NCBI GenBank assembly: GCA_002633005.1
Contig: NMRA01000019.1
Coordinates: forward strand, 111,555-175,554
Reading direction: 5' to 3'
From: Phoronis australis
Lineage: Eukaryota; Animalia; Phoronida
DNA length: 64,000 nucleotides
In this document: one piece after another, positions 12,780-24,900 of the stretch
Layout: each line of letters opens with the position of its first letter
Position numbering within the stretch: position 1 is the first letter of the stretch
Notes under the pieces: model-generated
What the model was told of the DNA's origin: nothing
The model's input: the letters and a program-made list of their open reading frames with translations, nothing else
The model's database searches: none
Made by a program: the position numbers and the translations under genes

Positions 12780-15700
12780 CACCTGTTACTTCACAAGCAG
12801 TACAAAGAGTATGCAGTGCACTGACAACTTCACTGTCTGTTTCCAAATATAAATTCAACCATGTTGTTTTGCCTATCCTGGAGAATCGACCAGTGTTGTC
12901 TGCCCTGTAAAACCATTGAAAGCCCGAAGAGGGTTTGCCTAGGCAGCACCTAGGGCTGTCCTTATTGGTTTTATGTCCTTATCCCAGATTCCATTGAGAC
13001 TGAAGTATTTCTGAGAAGCCGGTCATAGTAGGCAATGACGAGTACCAGAACATCTGTGTCAGGTGAAAAAAGTATCAGCTGAGAATCAGGGAGGGTTTGA
13101 TGTAATGCCAGGACTGGACGATGTATTACCAACGTATCTGCTTCTTCGTTATTGTTTTTGTCAAAGCGTAGATGACTTCTGTTGCCCTTTGTACATCCTG
13201 ACTAATTGGCAGAGTCTGCTGACAGATATGAAGAATCTCATTGGCATTGTTGGAAATACCGGTCACTACAAAATGGGCCTTCACCAACCTCTTGAGGTGT
13301 TTACAAGCTTAGTCTGCAAAAAAGGACACAAATGAGATTTCGGTTTTTATGACCGAGATGTCTGTACCAAATTCAGTCCAGATGCTGTGGTGGTTGGTTC
13401 TTAAGTCTTGCGTATCATCAGTATATGTAGGCCGGAGTCATGCTGCCACAAACACCAGGGTGAATTGGACTCGATGCAGATATTTCACAATGGATTTAAA
13501 CATGGCATTGGCTGATCACTTGGCTGTCCCGTTCTCTGAATGTTTCAAGTGTTTCGGCAATTGTCAACAATTCCAGCAAATTGAGGTTAGTTTGCTTTGT
13601 GCTCTCGGCCTTTCTGGTTTTGTTCTTCTCTGAACAGGCTGTTGGTGCTGACTTTAGAGCCTCACAGCAAAAGGCCTCTAACTGTGTGTTTTCTTTAAAG
13701 AATTCCTCTAGGACTATCTCAAACAGTGGTGCATATGATTACCTGTAAATTAGGACTCGGAAAGTGCGCTAGTAGGGAGTGTACTTTAGAGTCTGTCTAG
13801 TTGTTGCTGTGCCAAAGACGTTAGCTTCTACCCAGGCATCATCTATGCCGGAATGCTCTACGAACTTCCCAAGAGCTATGTGAGCTGCCATCATAGCATG
13901 CAATTCCCCAAGTCTTGGGATCAGTGTTTGTTTCAGTTCAGGTCTGGTATCCAGGACCTGCACAACTCTTAGTGGTATAGACCCATGTCACATGAAATGA
14001 CAGTTGGATGAGCTTCGCCAACAACCAGCTCTTCAACTGTCTCGTCTGCATAACGACTTATAGCAGGGTCGACCAGTCATGGGCCACCTTTGGAAGTAGC
14101 GGTACCGCACCAAACTCAGTGAGAGACTGGCTTTTGGAGATAAGTGAGTTGAAGCCTGCCCAGTATGTGATCTTTCTGTTGTTCTCTTCATTCCTTAGCC
14201 TGGTTACAGCCAAAGTTATTACCCATGCAAGGTGTTTCGGCTGATATGTACCAGAGATTCCCCCTTTCTTGGCCACAAAATCACGTGTTCTTTTGCTTGG
14301 TTGTGGTTTTGGATTGTTGCTACGGACCTTAAGTACGTGGAATGGTGTGACAGTGAGGTTCTCTGCTTCTCTGATGGTTAAAGGTGGATTGTTGTTTCAA
14401 TACCTTGCCCCACAAATGGGTATGGAGCCATTAAAACGAACATTGTGAGAGACCCGATAAAATTGTGTACATGTAAAATAACTTATTGTGTATAAAAGTG
14501 ATTTATTTACATTCATGTTTATATGTCATTGTAATCTTAACATCAGTTTTTTAATTTATGTATTTGAGTATAATAATTGTACATGGATTTCTTTGTATTT
14601 ATTAAACCCATGTACAATGCCTCTTGGCGCTTTCTGGGCATGTACATGTATTGTACTGAAGATTTCATAGTAAACATTAAAAAACCAAGAGCAGAAATAA
14701 TTAGCAAAATGTATTTTACGGGTGATATTTTTGAAAATCCAAGACAGGTGCTAAAAAGTACTATTTTCAATTCCTTGCCCCAAGAAATGCTGGTGTATCC
14801 AGCGACCCAAGTGCAGAGAAATTGAGCAAAATGGCGGCCAAAATTGAATTCCATTACTTTCTGATTCGTCGTTTCATGAGTTTTCCAAAATTGTTTCCAC
14901 TTTCCCCTGAAAAAATCCAACGAATGCCGAACTTTGGACATAGTGAACCTGACTATAACGAAGATCTATGTCTTAAGACTAGTGAAGCAGTTAAATGAAA
15001 AATCGTTTAAATTTGTCGCCTTCCATCCAGTGGATGGTACAAAACCCAGACCTTGGCCAACCACAACAGACTGTACCAACTATGCCCTTATGCCGGAGGC
15101 GGCTCTCTGCCCTGTTAACAGCCATTTGAAGATTCCATTTTCTGCCTGCTGATAGCTGAACCTCTGATAACCTAACACATCTTTCTCTGGAATCTCGGAT
15201 TGCGGGAACTTCTCTTGCTTTTGACACCTTGAAGTCTTAAACCAGAAATCGTGGCGGAAGGAATACTGCTGCCGTCCTACTATATAATCCAGCTTACGTA
15301 AAACTCACTGGTACCCCCAACCATTTCTTGATAAGCTGGTTTGCCTCCTGTTGCTACATTCCACTGTTGAGATCGGAATGCTTTAAACCGAAAGCGGCCA
15401 TAAGACCTTGGGTAGTAACGCGAATTGAAAACACCACAGCTTGGACTTCCCCGGCAAAGTGTATCTGTTGATCTTTTTCAGATTCTCCCGGAACAGGGTC
15501 ACGTGTCCATTGCATTTGTGAAGTCGCTTAAGCTGTTGTACACATTGCCCAGATATTTCACTGACTTCTCACTCAGGGATGGAATCTCCTCGCCGTTCTT
15601 CCTGAAGGCTTTGTGCTGGCTCATTCTCCCTTTCACCAACACCATACTTCTTGACTTCATCCTGCCCCAAACAATTACTTCTTCTAGTTTCTTTCAACAT

Positions 15701-16727
15701 CCATCCTGCTCCTGCCGCCATTTTACCCGAAAAACAATGTCGTTGTCGGTAAAGTTTATTTTAGACTATAGGATCAAACAATTGTGCGATAAGAATAGTG
15801 AAACGGTGTTGATAAGAAGTGTGAAGTTCTGGCAGCAGTTACTGAATACAGCTCGAGAAGAATATCCTGTCATTTTTTGGGCATTCACTAAGCTGAAAAG
15901 TTTTTTCGACTTTGTAAATGATGCCGGGATCAAACTGTGCGGACGGCCACACGAGCAGCTAAACTTAACAATGTTGCAGGATTACTCGAAGGTTAAACAC
16001 GAAATTAATATATTTGTTCCAAGATACATACTTTTCAGTTTGGTGGCTATACTGTAGGTTTATCTGATTTTGACTCCGCAGATTCACTCGTGTGGGGGCC
16101 TTTGTCTCGGTATCTGCTGGATCCCAGCACTAGTCTAGCGGTAGTCCCCGGAAAGTTGTTTTTAAGGATATTTTTTTATTATTTTTCATTTATTTCGACC
16201 TATTATGGACATCGTTGTTTCGTAGCACAGGCACATTTTTTGTTATTCATACACTCGTAGGCTGACGTTCAACTGACCGTCTCACCAAAATTGATAGATT
16301 CGATCGGCACATGCTGGCAGGGCACTAGATTATTAGTGAACTCAAAGTCTCGTTCGAACTGTGTCATGTCCCGAAAAAATTAACAGTTGAATTACTTTTT
16401 GATGAGAGCCTCTAGTATACACTACGCCTGTAGAGTTAAGAAGGGCTCATTTTGTAGTGGTTCAAACACAGTACTTGGATTTATGAAGCTTTAAAAAACA
16501 ATTTTAATTATTTTTGCAAATGACCACTTTTTACCACTACACCAGACCTGTCATTTTTTGTTACCATACTGCAGCTTAGTGATCATGCTACGTTTAAAAT
16601 TTAATTCAAACTACCTTTATGCAATGAAACTACAAAAAATATGAAGTTCATCAGAAGGTTTTTTTCTTCATGCTGCACTGAATTACGGCCAATTCAATGC
16701 GTGATTTGACTTTTGGACACAGCCCTA
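12780..16727 (-). mobile_element. Academ (AcademX-type) DNA transposon remnant: transposase core plus XPG-like nuclease, interrupted by other elements
   Basis: Minus-strand peptides WAGFNSLI...LLPKVAHDWSTL (14058-14276), LIPRLGELHAMMAAHIALGKFVEHSGIDDAWVEANVFG (13769-13963) and FSPDTDVLVL...FTG(A)DNTGRFSRIGKTTW (~12850-13070). Putative terminus TAGGGCTGTGTCCAAAAG ends at 16727; TAG ends are typical of Academ. Confidence 0.65.
15000..15722 (-). mobile_element. HERO-like (RLE-class) non-LTR retrotransposon fragment, post-RT region
   Basis: Minus-strand KSRSMVLVKG...GEEIPSLSEKSVKYLG...LPGKSKLWCFQFALLPKVLWPL...KKWLG...FKVSKAR...AGRKW...AESRLRHKGIVG, with frameshifts. Confidence 0.65.
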
Positions 16728-16979
16728 GATCTACCGGAGCTAACTGCTTGCCTAGGGCAAGATGATTATGTGCCTGAGCTACAAACCTGATTTTTTAATC
16801 AAAATATTTCGCTCGAAGATCAGAAAAGTGTAAACAGTGCCATCGATTCGACCTACTTTACTTGGAGAATACAATCAGTTGTGACCTACTTTTCATTTGG
16901 CTGAATTTAGCAGACGGCAGAATTAGAATATCGGCGAATCTTCACTAATTTTGGAAGAAATATCCTGAAATCTATGGCA

Positions 16980-17300
16980 TCTCACAGATACTTCGACTTT
17001 AAGGTAAATAACCAGCTTTACATAAACATTTCGGATCAGTGGCCTTGTCGAGTCAGTTTTCAAGTGAAGGTGAACCCAGGTGGTGTTCTTCGGATTTTAG
17101 CAGGATCCGAAATAGTTTTCCTTGAACACTTATTTTTTTCATCGTCGCAGCTTTACAAATTCCCAAGTCATGAACGTAAGATTCTCTGCTGAAAAGTACC
17201 GCCTGTTGTCTTTGTCGAAGCGTTTTCGGAAAGTGCAAAAAACGCTCATCAATTCCACCAGGAACGTCGCTTAACGACTGTGTATTTGCCTCTGACATCT
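16980..17300 (-). pseudogene. SWIM-zinc-finger ORF fragment resembling the exonuclease-type gene of ISL2EU/Harbinger-group transposons
   Basis: MSEANTQSLSDVP...FSRESYVHD...VQGKLFRILLKSEEHH...*...PKCLCKAG. The YVHD...CxCKAG pattern is recognisable but degraded. Confidence 0.4.
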
Positions 17301-19050
17301 TGTAAAAACGTTGTTGTTGTATCTTAGAGAAAAAGCACACAGCAATACTACCGGGGTTTTCCCGAGATACATGTAAGCCCATGAGCACAAAGATTTTATA
17401 GTTACCCGCCAATAGGTGGCGCTGTTCCAAATGTGTGACTTGGCTATTACACTGGGACGGCCTTCTTGGGATACAGTATCTTAGTCGTAACTTGGAAATT
17501 TCACTCGCTCTTGCAGTGGCACACGCTGCGAGGTTGTTGATCACTATTTAGATATGCTGAAAGTGATGTTCTGTGTCATAAGCTGTGAGAAGCCCTGGTC
17601 GTTAAAACTGAGAGAGCCTAAGTCGGCACCGCCAAGAAACGGGGCAAGAACGCCTTCTCAAATTGTACAATATTTATTAATCTCTTTGTCCGTACTCGGA
17701 ATTATTCGATAGGGGTTTCTGCATGTTTCCATGCCTTTTTGTTCCAGTTGTTTTAAATTTTTTCCCGAGGCTGACGATGATGGGTGGTCCAATCGATCAT
17801 TCAAAAATAAATTGTGTATTCATATATTTATCTTCTTGTCTTATCAATAAATAATGAGCAGCTCAAGGCTGTTGCACTGTATACCTATACCGACAAGAGT
17901 ATGTACCGGCAGAACTTCGAGAGGAGGAAGCAATACACTGTGTTTTGTTCAAGAGCACTGGCAGCCGTTTTGCCAAACACTTATCGAGCCGGTATGTCCG
18001 CAAATTCAAAACAAGTACAATTGTTTGGTCGTAAATAAATAGGAGAGTCAGAGTGATGGAAATATTTATGTTGATTGTTATAAATCGGTTGACCCTACAT
18101 TGAGTAGTAAAATGATCATCATACGCATTCAATACAACACAGAAAGCACACAAAACCGATTGTGACATAAACATACTCACTAACAGCAAGGATGATAAAT
18201 ACTAGTGAATGCGCTACTTTAACGTCAAGAAATGCCTGCTCGTAAGGCCAACTGAAGACTACGCATTGCAACAAGTTTCAGTATTAGCCATTGAAGTAAA
18301 CATCTAAATTGAACGCAGCGCTCGACTTTAAATGGTGCGTATGAAAACAACTTCTTTCACATAACGGATGACCCTGACATTATCAACGACTTTTACACCA
18401 AAATATATGAAATGTTGTAACACAGCCAAACTCAGTTGATAAATATTTTCTATCCGTCAACCAGCCAAATGTCTTGAACAGCGCGGCCCACACACTTATA
18501 AACATAATGGCTCACGAAGCTGTATTTCGTTCGTGCACTGAAAAACTGGTCTCCGAACTCAAAAAAAAACACGACTTACGCTCTCAAAAAAGCACGGCTT
18601 ACAACAACAAACACGGGTATAACTGAGCAACAAAGAGATAGTCTCGTTTTGATAGCAGGTTCGTATCCTGAGAGAGAGTCGGATTGTTTGCGGTCTGTGA
18701 ATCGTGTTTGTGGGTGTGTGTCCGTGTTCCGTGTTTTTGGGTGGGTAAGTGACAATGTCGTGTTTTGGAGTGTGTGCACAGCAGGGGCACGTGAGTTCGG
18801 GAGTTCAATGTGATAAGCGAGGGGAAAGTTACCGGTTCCGTACCAGTTATCATTATCGTACCACGTATTTTCCCGCCAAACTATACGTATGCTTGCCACC
18901 CAAAAGAGTAATAACTTTTAGCGACCTCAGACGGCGACAACAGAAAGCCAAGCAAAATGTCGAGCAGACAACCCGGTGAAAAACGGTGAGCATTTTCCAC
19001 TTTTTTGACACGTTGATGTAAATTTTAGCTCCATGAATAGCGTGGGGTAC

Positions 19051-20010
19051 TAGTAATTGTTTACAATATGACGACATTGACCTACACACATGATTTTGGT
19101 ATTGTTCGATTCCTCGCAACGTAGTCTTTCCAAATCTACATGAATTTATCCCCTACCGCGTTTCCTCCGTATTTTATCGTCTAATTTCGGTTCGCACTAT
19201 TTCGCGGTTGACACCGCCATGTTAGCTCAACTCAAGATTGCAGCGACACCTGTTGTTAATGAATGAAACGGCATAATTGATTCTGAATGGTGTTTGCTTG
19301 CGCGAGATTCCCACTAAAGTTTTCCTGACATAATATGGAGGAACAAGTAGCAGCATTTCACCTGTTCCAATTTTTTATACTTGTGACCATTTGACCATTT
19401 TTCCACGAAATTGCCTGAAGTGATACCATTTTCACCAATATGGACCTGATAAACAACTTCTGCTTTTCAGTTTTCGCGGTTTCGTGCTAACAGGGTCACT
19501 ATAGGATCGAATTCGAATCCTTGGCACCTTAACTCAGGCCTAGGAACCAGGCGTGCGTTCAGTAGACGCTAGGACCTACGCTAGGACCTAGCCAAAAGCT
19601 AGTCAAGGTCACGTGCTCTTATTTAAAATACACGGCAATATCACGCGTAATCTCCGCGCAAAGTCTTGCTTTTAAGCTAGGTCCTAGCGTTACTGAACGG
19701 GAGGCAGCTCAGGCAGAGGATAGACGAGTCTCGGTCAATTCATTAAGTTGACCTTATGAAAAGCGACGATCTATAGAAGTCGGTAGATTAGTTAAGTTTT
19801 TGACCGCCAGATGACTCCTTCCATTCAACATGGCGGTATTACTACCGCGTACCGGGAAATAGTGCGAGCAGAAATTTCACGATAAAATATTAAAAGAACG
19901 GGGTAGGAATAATTTCTGTGTACTTTTGGAAAGATAACTTTGCAAGGAATCAAACGATACAAAAATCATATGTGTAAGTCAATGTCGTCATATTGTAAAC
20001 AATTACCTAG
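19051..20010. mobile_element. Foldback/MITE with ~175-bp TIRs nested in the pogo element
   Basis: 19051-19225 is inverted in 19828-20010 (TAATTGTTTACAATATGACGACATTGAC...). Confidence 0.7.
19551..19705. mobile_element. Small MITE nested inside the 19051-20010 element
   Basis: CGTTCAGTAGACGCTAGGACCTA ... TAGGTCCTAGCGTTACTGAACG inverted ends. Confidence 0.65.
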
Positions 20011-20309
20011 TGTGATAAGACAACAACACTAAAAGTATAGCAAATGAGTGAACCGATGTGCCATCCGATAGCTCATTCTCATCTCTTTGTATGGTGTAAT
20101 TTCTGGTTGCCAAATCGCGTGCCAAATATTTTCAGCCCACGTGTTTGAAAATTGGTCAGTGTCACGAGTGTCGTACCACTACAGGTCACGGGTATGGTAC
20201 CCGGGGTACGATACATGTAACCAAGAGGTACGATACACAAAACGTGATACGAGTAGGTAATGCGTTGTTTTTCTTTGCTTTTTAGTACTATTTTTTTACG
20301 TTCAGAAAA

Positions 20310-21281
20310 GTGCCATCGCCGTCGTCATGGACATCGGAGGACATGCAGAACTGTCTCAAAGCTATGGATGAAGGATTGGGATTTAACACTGCTTCTAAGC
20401 TATTTAGTATCCCAAAGCTAACTATTTGCCGTCACCGCATGGGTCTGAATAAGTACGCAAAACAAGTTACGCGGAGGTCCAAAAGTTTTGCCAACAGAAA
20501 TAGAAGCTGATTTGGTAGAACACATAAAAGGTCTTGACGATCTTTTTTTTGGTATCACACCAAAAGAACTTATGAAACTTGCATATCAATTGGCAAAATC
20601 CCATGGAATGCATAAATTTAGCGAAACTGAACAGTCTGCCAATAAAACCTGGAACTACAGCTTTATGAGACGACATCCAGAACTCAGTCGGCGCACCCCA
20701 GAAGCTACATCTACTGGTCGCATGAAAGGTTTCAACCGCCGAGCTGTTTCAGATTTCTTCGATAAATATTACGAGCTAATTGAATTCACGGATTTACTGC
20801 TGACAGAGTGTTTAATATGGATGAAACTGGACATTCTACCGTGCAAAGGCCATCGAAAGTGATCTCAACGAAAGGGAAACGCCAAGTTGGAGCAGCAACA
20901 ACCACTGAAGGAGGAACAAATCCTACTGGTGTCCACTGTCATTCTGCCACTGGCCAATACATCCCCCCCGGCCGATGCTCATCTTCAAGAGGAATAGACT
21001 GTGATTCCTTGAAAGTTGATGCACCCACTGGTACAATTTTTGCCTGCACTAATTCAGGATGGATTGACTCTCTAGTTTTCATTGAATGGCTTCGTCATTT
21101 TATCCGATCAGTGAATGCGTCAGTTGAAAATAAAGTCCTTCTACTCCACGGACATGCATCCCACACAAAAAACCTTGACGCCATTAAGCTAGCGCGGGAA
21201 AATGGTGTTTTCATTTTCTCCTTCCCCAGTCACACAACGCACAGGCTCCAACCCTTAGTTGTTAGCTTTTTTAAGTCATAA
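20310..21281 (+). pseudogene. pogo-like transposase (HTH_psq, CENP-B-type HTH, DDE_1), frameshifted and truncated
   Basis: Three overlapping ORFs: SWTSEDMQNCLKAM...SIPKLTICRH; EADLVEHI...WNYSFMRRHPELSRRTPEATSTGRMKGFN; FNMDETG...SGWIDSLVFIEWLRHF...HGHASH...FPSHTTHRLQPL. Confidence 0.9.
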
Positions 21282-21906
21282 TTGTGATTCCGATGGAGAC
21301 TCTGATTAACCTCCATAAACCCGGCAATTTGAGTTTGTTACATAAGTATAGTTGACTGATCCATTTTGTTATCTTTAAGTGTTGGTTTGTTCGCACATAT
21401 TTATAAAGACGTCTGTTAGCATTAGAGTCATAGGGAAACGCTGTCTCTAGTATGTTTCTATGTGGCCAATAAAAGGTTTGACTGTTTGCACTGTCTCTTT
21501 GTTTATCTATGCTTGGTGAAATACACGTAGTTATTAATATAGTACCACTGGTACGATTCTGATGTCTGACAGGTACGAATTACAAAACCGGTCATGTGAA
21601 TCGTACTTTTATTGACTTTTCTACAACCGTGTTTTGCAGCTAAAACATAATCATTATTCTTCTAAATCACATGTGCGGTTATACGTGTGAGATAGCTCCC
21701 GATTCCGTGGCTAGTTCAACGTGGCGTACAGAGGGGTGCATCCTTAAGTGGTACGAAACCAGTAACTTTCCCCTACGTGAGTCGTATAGTTGGGGTATTG
21801 TCGGAGCCAGCTACAAGGCCGGGTGTGATAAGAGAGTGACGTCATGAGGAAATAACCAGCGCTGAGCTAACATATGATCGGATCATTCGGAAGGTATCAG
21901 TTCAAA

Positions 21907-24900
21907 ATGGGTGTCCTGGAACCCATTTTCAGCTTCTTTTGCTTAGTTTTGTGTATCATGACCGTGAGAAGTTCCCCTGAGTGTCCAAAGCCCCGCAGAG
22001 GATGGCACTCCAGATCAGGTAGGTCTGGGATGACACGGTGTTACACGGCTTCTCAGTGTCATCTCTAGAGGCAGTAGGAACTTCAACAGGTGTCCTAAAC
22101 GTACAATGACAAAATCCCATTATGCGTTTGAAGCCGATAAAACGCACGGAGTGGTTCTGAAATAAACAGACATTGTGTGTTAGGTGACCTATATAAGTTC
22201 TACTAGATGGCCTCAAACTTAAATTGTTAAGACAGAAAAGTCTACACTGATCAATAGTAGAGGTCATTTGTAAAGTCTTGCTACCTGCATCACGATTGCC
22301 TATGGCGTTTATAGTTTCATGTACGTTTTCACGCTTTCATGGGCTTAGAACGAACAACAGAAGTCGCTATTCGTTGTTTTGGCAATCGAAGACTGTCGTC
22401 TCGGAATATTAACCAGCACCGCCATGTAAACTGGCTTTGCATTCAATGCCATCAGGCTCCAGGAAAAATCACTGACAAGGAAATTTTATCATTCTACAAC
22501 AATACATTATGCCAGATAGAACTCGTAACTTATAAAATAAGGCTAAAGCTGCATTTCCTCATGTTTAGCTGGCTTATCAAAAACGAAAATCGTATTTATT
22601 AGGTCTTATACTCTAACAAAATCAGTCTCTATAATCCTTGCCTTGACAGGGTTTTCTTTCCGTTACCGGCTCAAACCACAGGCAATGCATGTACATGCGT
22701 CATTTTTGAATTCGTTATTTTGGGATTAGACAACCCAGGGAGCGTTTTTTCGAGACACTATTGGTTTCTATGTTCTTATCGGTACCAGTAAACCTAACTA
22801 TAGAAATTGGTGACAGCTTTGAAAGTAGCGCTCATTTTCCAATGGAATGGAGTTCATTTAACAGTCATGAATTAATGTCACTCGAATATTATTTACAAAT
22901 GGAATAAAGATTTTGGCGGAAAGAGAAAAGACAGTGTTTAGGACATGATTAAACTGAGAAAACCCCGCATGACGTCAGGCATTAAACTAGGCGAATGGGC
23001 AAATCATTTCGAGTCACTCTATGATTACAGATAGCTTTGTAATGACTAAACTATTGACAATGAGCTTGACAGAGAAGTAGTATTGGACGAGATTATTACA
23101 TCAACTGTATGAAAGGCGGCAAATCGCCTGGACTTGAAAACATAAGACTTTTGTGTATTACTGTACTAATTCAAGAATGTTACACGTGGTATTTGTATTA
23201 TCCAAGTGAGTGGAAAAAATCATTAGTTGTACCAATTTTCAAAGGAGGTACTCACACATGTCAGGAGCATACCCTTGATTCAAGTAGTAGCAAAACGTTT
23301 TGAAAAGATAGTTTGTGTTAGATTGCAAAAAAAACAGAACGAAATGAAATCATAAGTATGTCTCAAATTGAATATCGAGGAGGGTTTATAGCACGATAGA
23401 TCATGGTTTGTTGATTGATATTTTGATTACTGAATACCTAACGAAGGAGGAAGGCAGATTTTTTATGCATTTGCGGATCTTAAGTCTTCGTTTGATTGTG
23501 TATAAAGGAATGTATTACTTTTAAAGCTTAGACAGATATCACAAAATTGAGGATAAAATGTACCAGATGGGACCGTGCGATTCACGTACAATGTACAACC
23601 AGGTGTGTTAGGCTTAGTTATACCACGCATACGGACGTATTTGACTGTACCAACAAACTCATACAGGGTCACAATTATCATCATTTCTATTCATTCTTGT
23701 TGTTAAGGAGTAAGGGAGCAAGGACTGAAAGTTTCAAATATAGAATGGGATATCTCTTGGTGTGGTGGAGTTTTTAATTTTAGTATTGTTTGCTCATGAT
23801 TTGATCCTATTTTCGGTTTGTATAGTCAACCTACAAAGAAACCTGAATGGGTTGTATCAATATTGCTAAAGGTGGACACTTGCAGTTATCTTAGTTAAGA
23901 CAAACATTTTTTTTAAAGAGGTGGCATTGCTGAAAAAATGAAAGGTGGTTTGGCGGCACAGTTCCCATTAGCATAATGGAGGCGCACAAATATCTAATTG
24001 TCATTACCTTTATTTCTAAGGGATCTTGGGAGTTGGCCCTAGCGCTGCCAAACAGGGAAAACAACTGGTCGATTGAGAAATGTTTCGTTGAGCATCTAAG
24101 TGAGCTTAAAGTTGTTTGATTGTAAAATCTAACCCGCACTGTTACATTATGGTTGTGAAATCTTGTGATTTAACCAAGGTTTTGATGTTGAGAAAGTACA
24201 TTCACAATACTGTAAAGAGATTTTAAATATGTCAAAGTCATCAATTGTTAATGTCAAAAGAAGTAAATTCGGAATGTATTCCCTACTGCCAATATAATAT
24301 AATAGACTTGTCAAGAATAACCATTATTATAAATGACATTTGAATATGGTTGAAATCAACGACAAGACGGGCTGGGTAACGATGTTAAAAAGTACTATTT
24401 TACTTCCGCGTTAGTGCATTATGGTACAATCAGGATGCTGGGGTCGAGTCTAGATATCTTTCACTTTTTAGGTGCAGGGATATTGATCAGCAGAAGTATA
24501 TTAGAGCTCAAGTTCGATGCTCTGTGCATTCACTGGTGATTGAAGTACGTGTATGTGTAGGACGAAATTCAGGTCACCCTTGGTATGAGAGGCTATCTAT
24601 ATACTGTATCCTATTTGTGTTCAGCCAACATTAGTTTCACTTTTGCTTAGAATGTCCCTGTTACACTGACCTAAGAGATGAATACCTAACCGAAATATAT
24701 GCGACACCAAGCGTAGACAAGTTGAATCACGAAGCCAATGCAAAATCAAACTGCGGCATATCTGTAAATTTATTTGTTATGCATTTAAAAGAAGACGTGA
24801 ACAGCGTTCAGTTTCCACATAGGCTTATTCTCGTGCTACCTTACTTATATTTGGTGTTGTACTGTAATAAAGGCCTGTATACTATTTTAATTTTTCTTTT

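Larger units (their letters stand above)
18818..21777 (+). mobile_element. pogo/Tigger-like (Tc1/mariner superfamily) DNA transposon, degraded, with nested insertions
   Basis: Left TIR CGAGGGGAAAGTTACCGGTTCCGTACCA (18818-18845) is inverted in TGGTACGAAACCAGTAACTTTCCCCTACG (21749-21777). A transposase pseudogene lies inside. Confidence 0.8.

Noticed and set aside
15425-16057. 210-aa plus-strand ORF
   Set aside because: It is the antisense shadow of HERO/Academ remnants and has no recognisable motifs.
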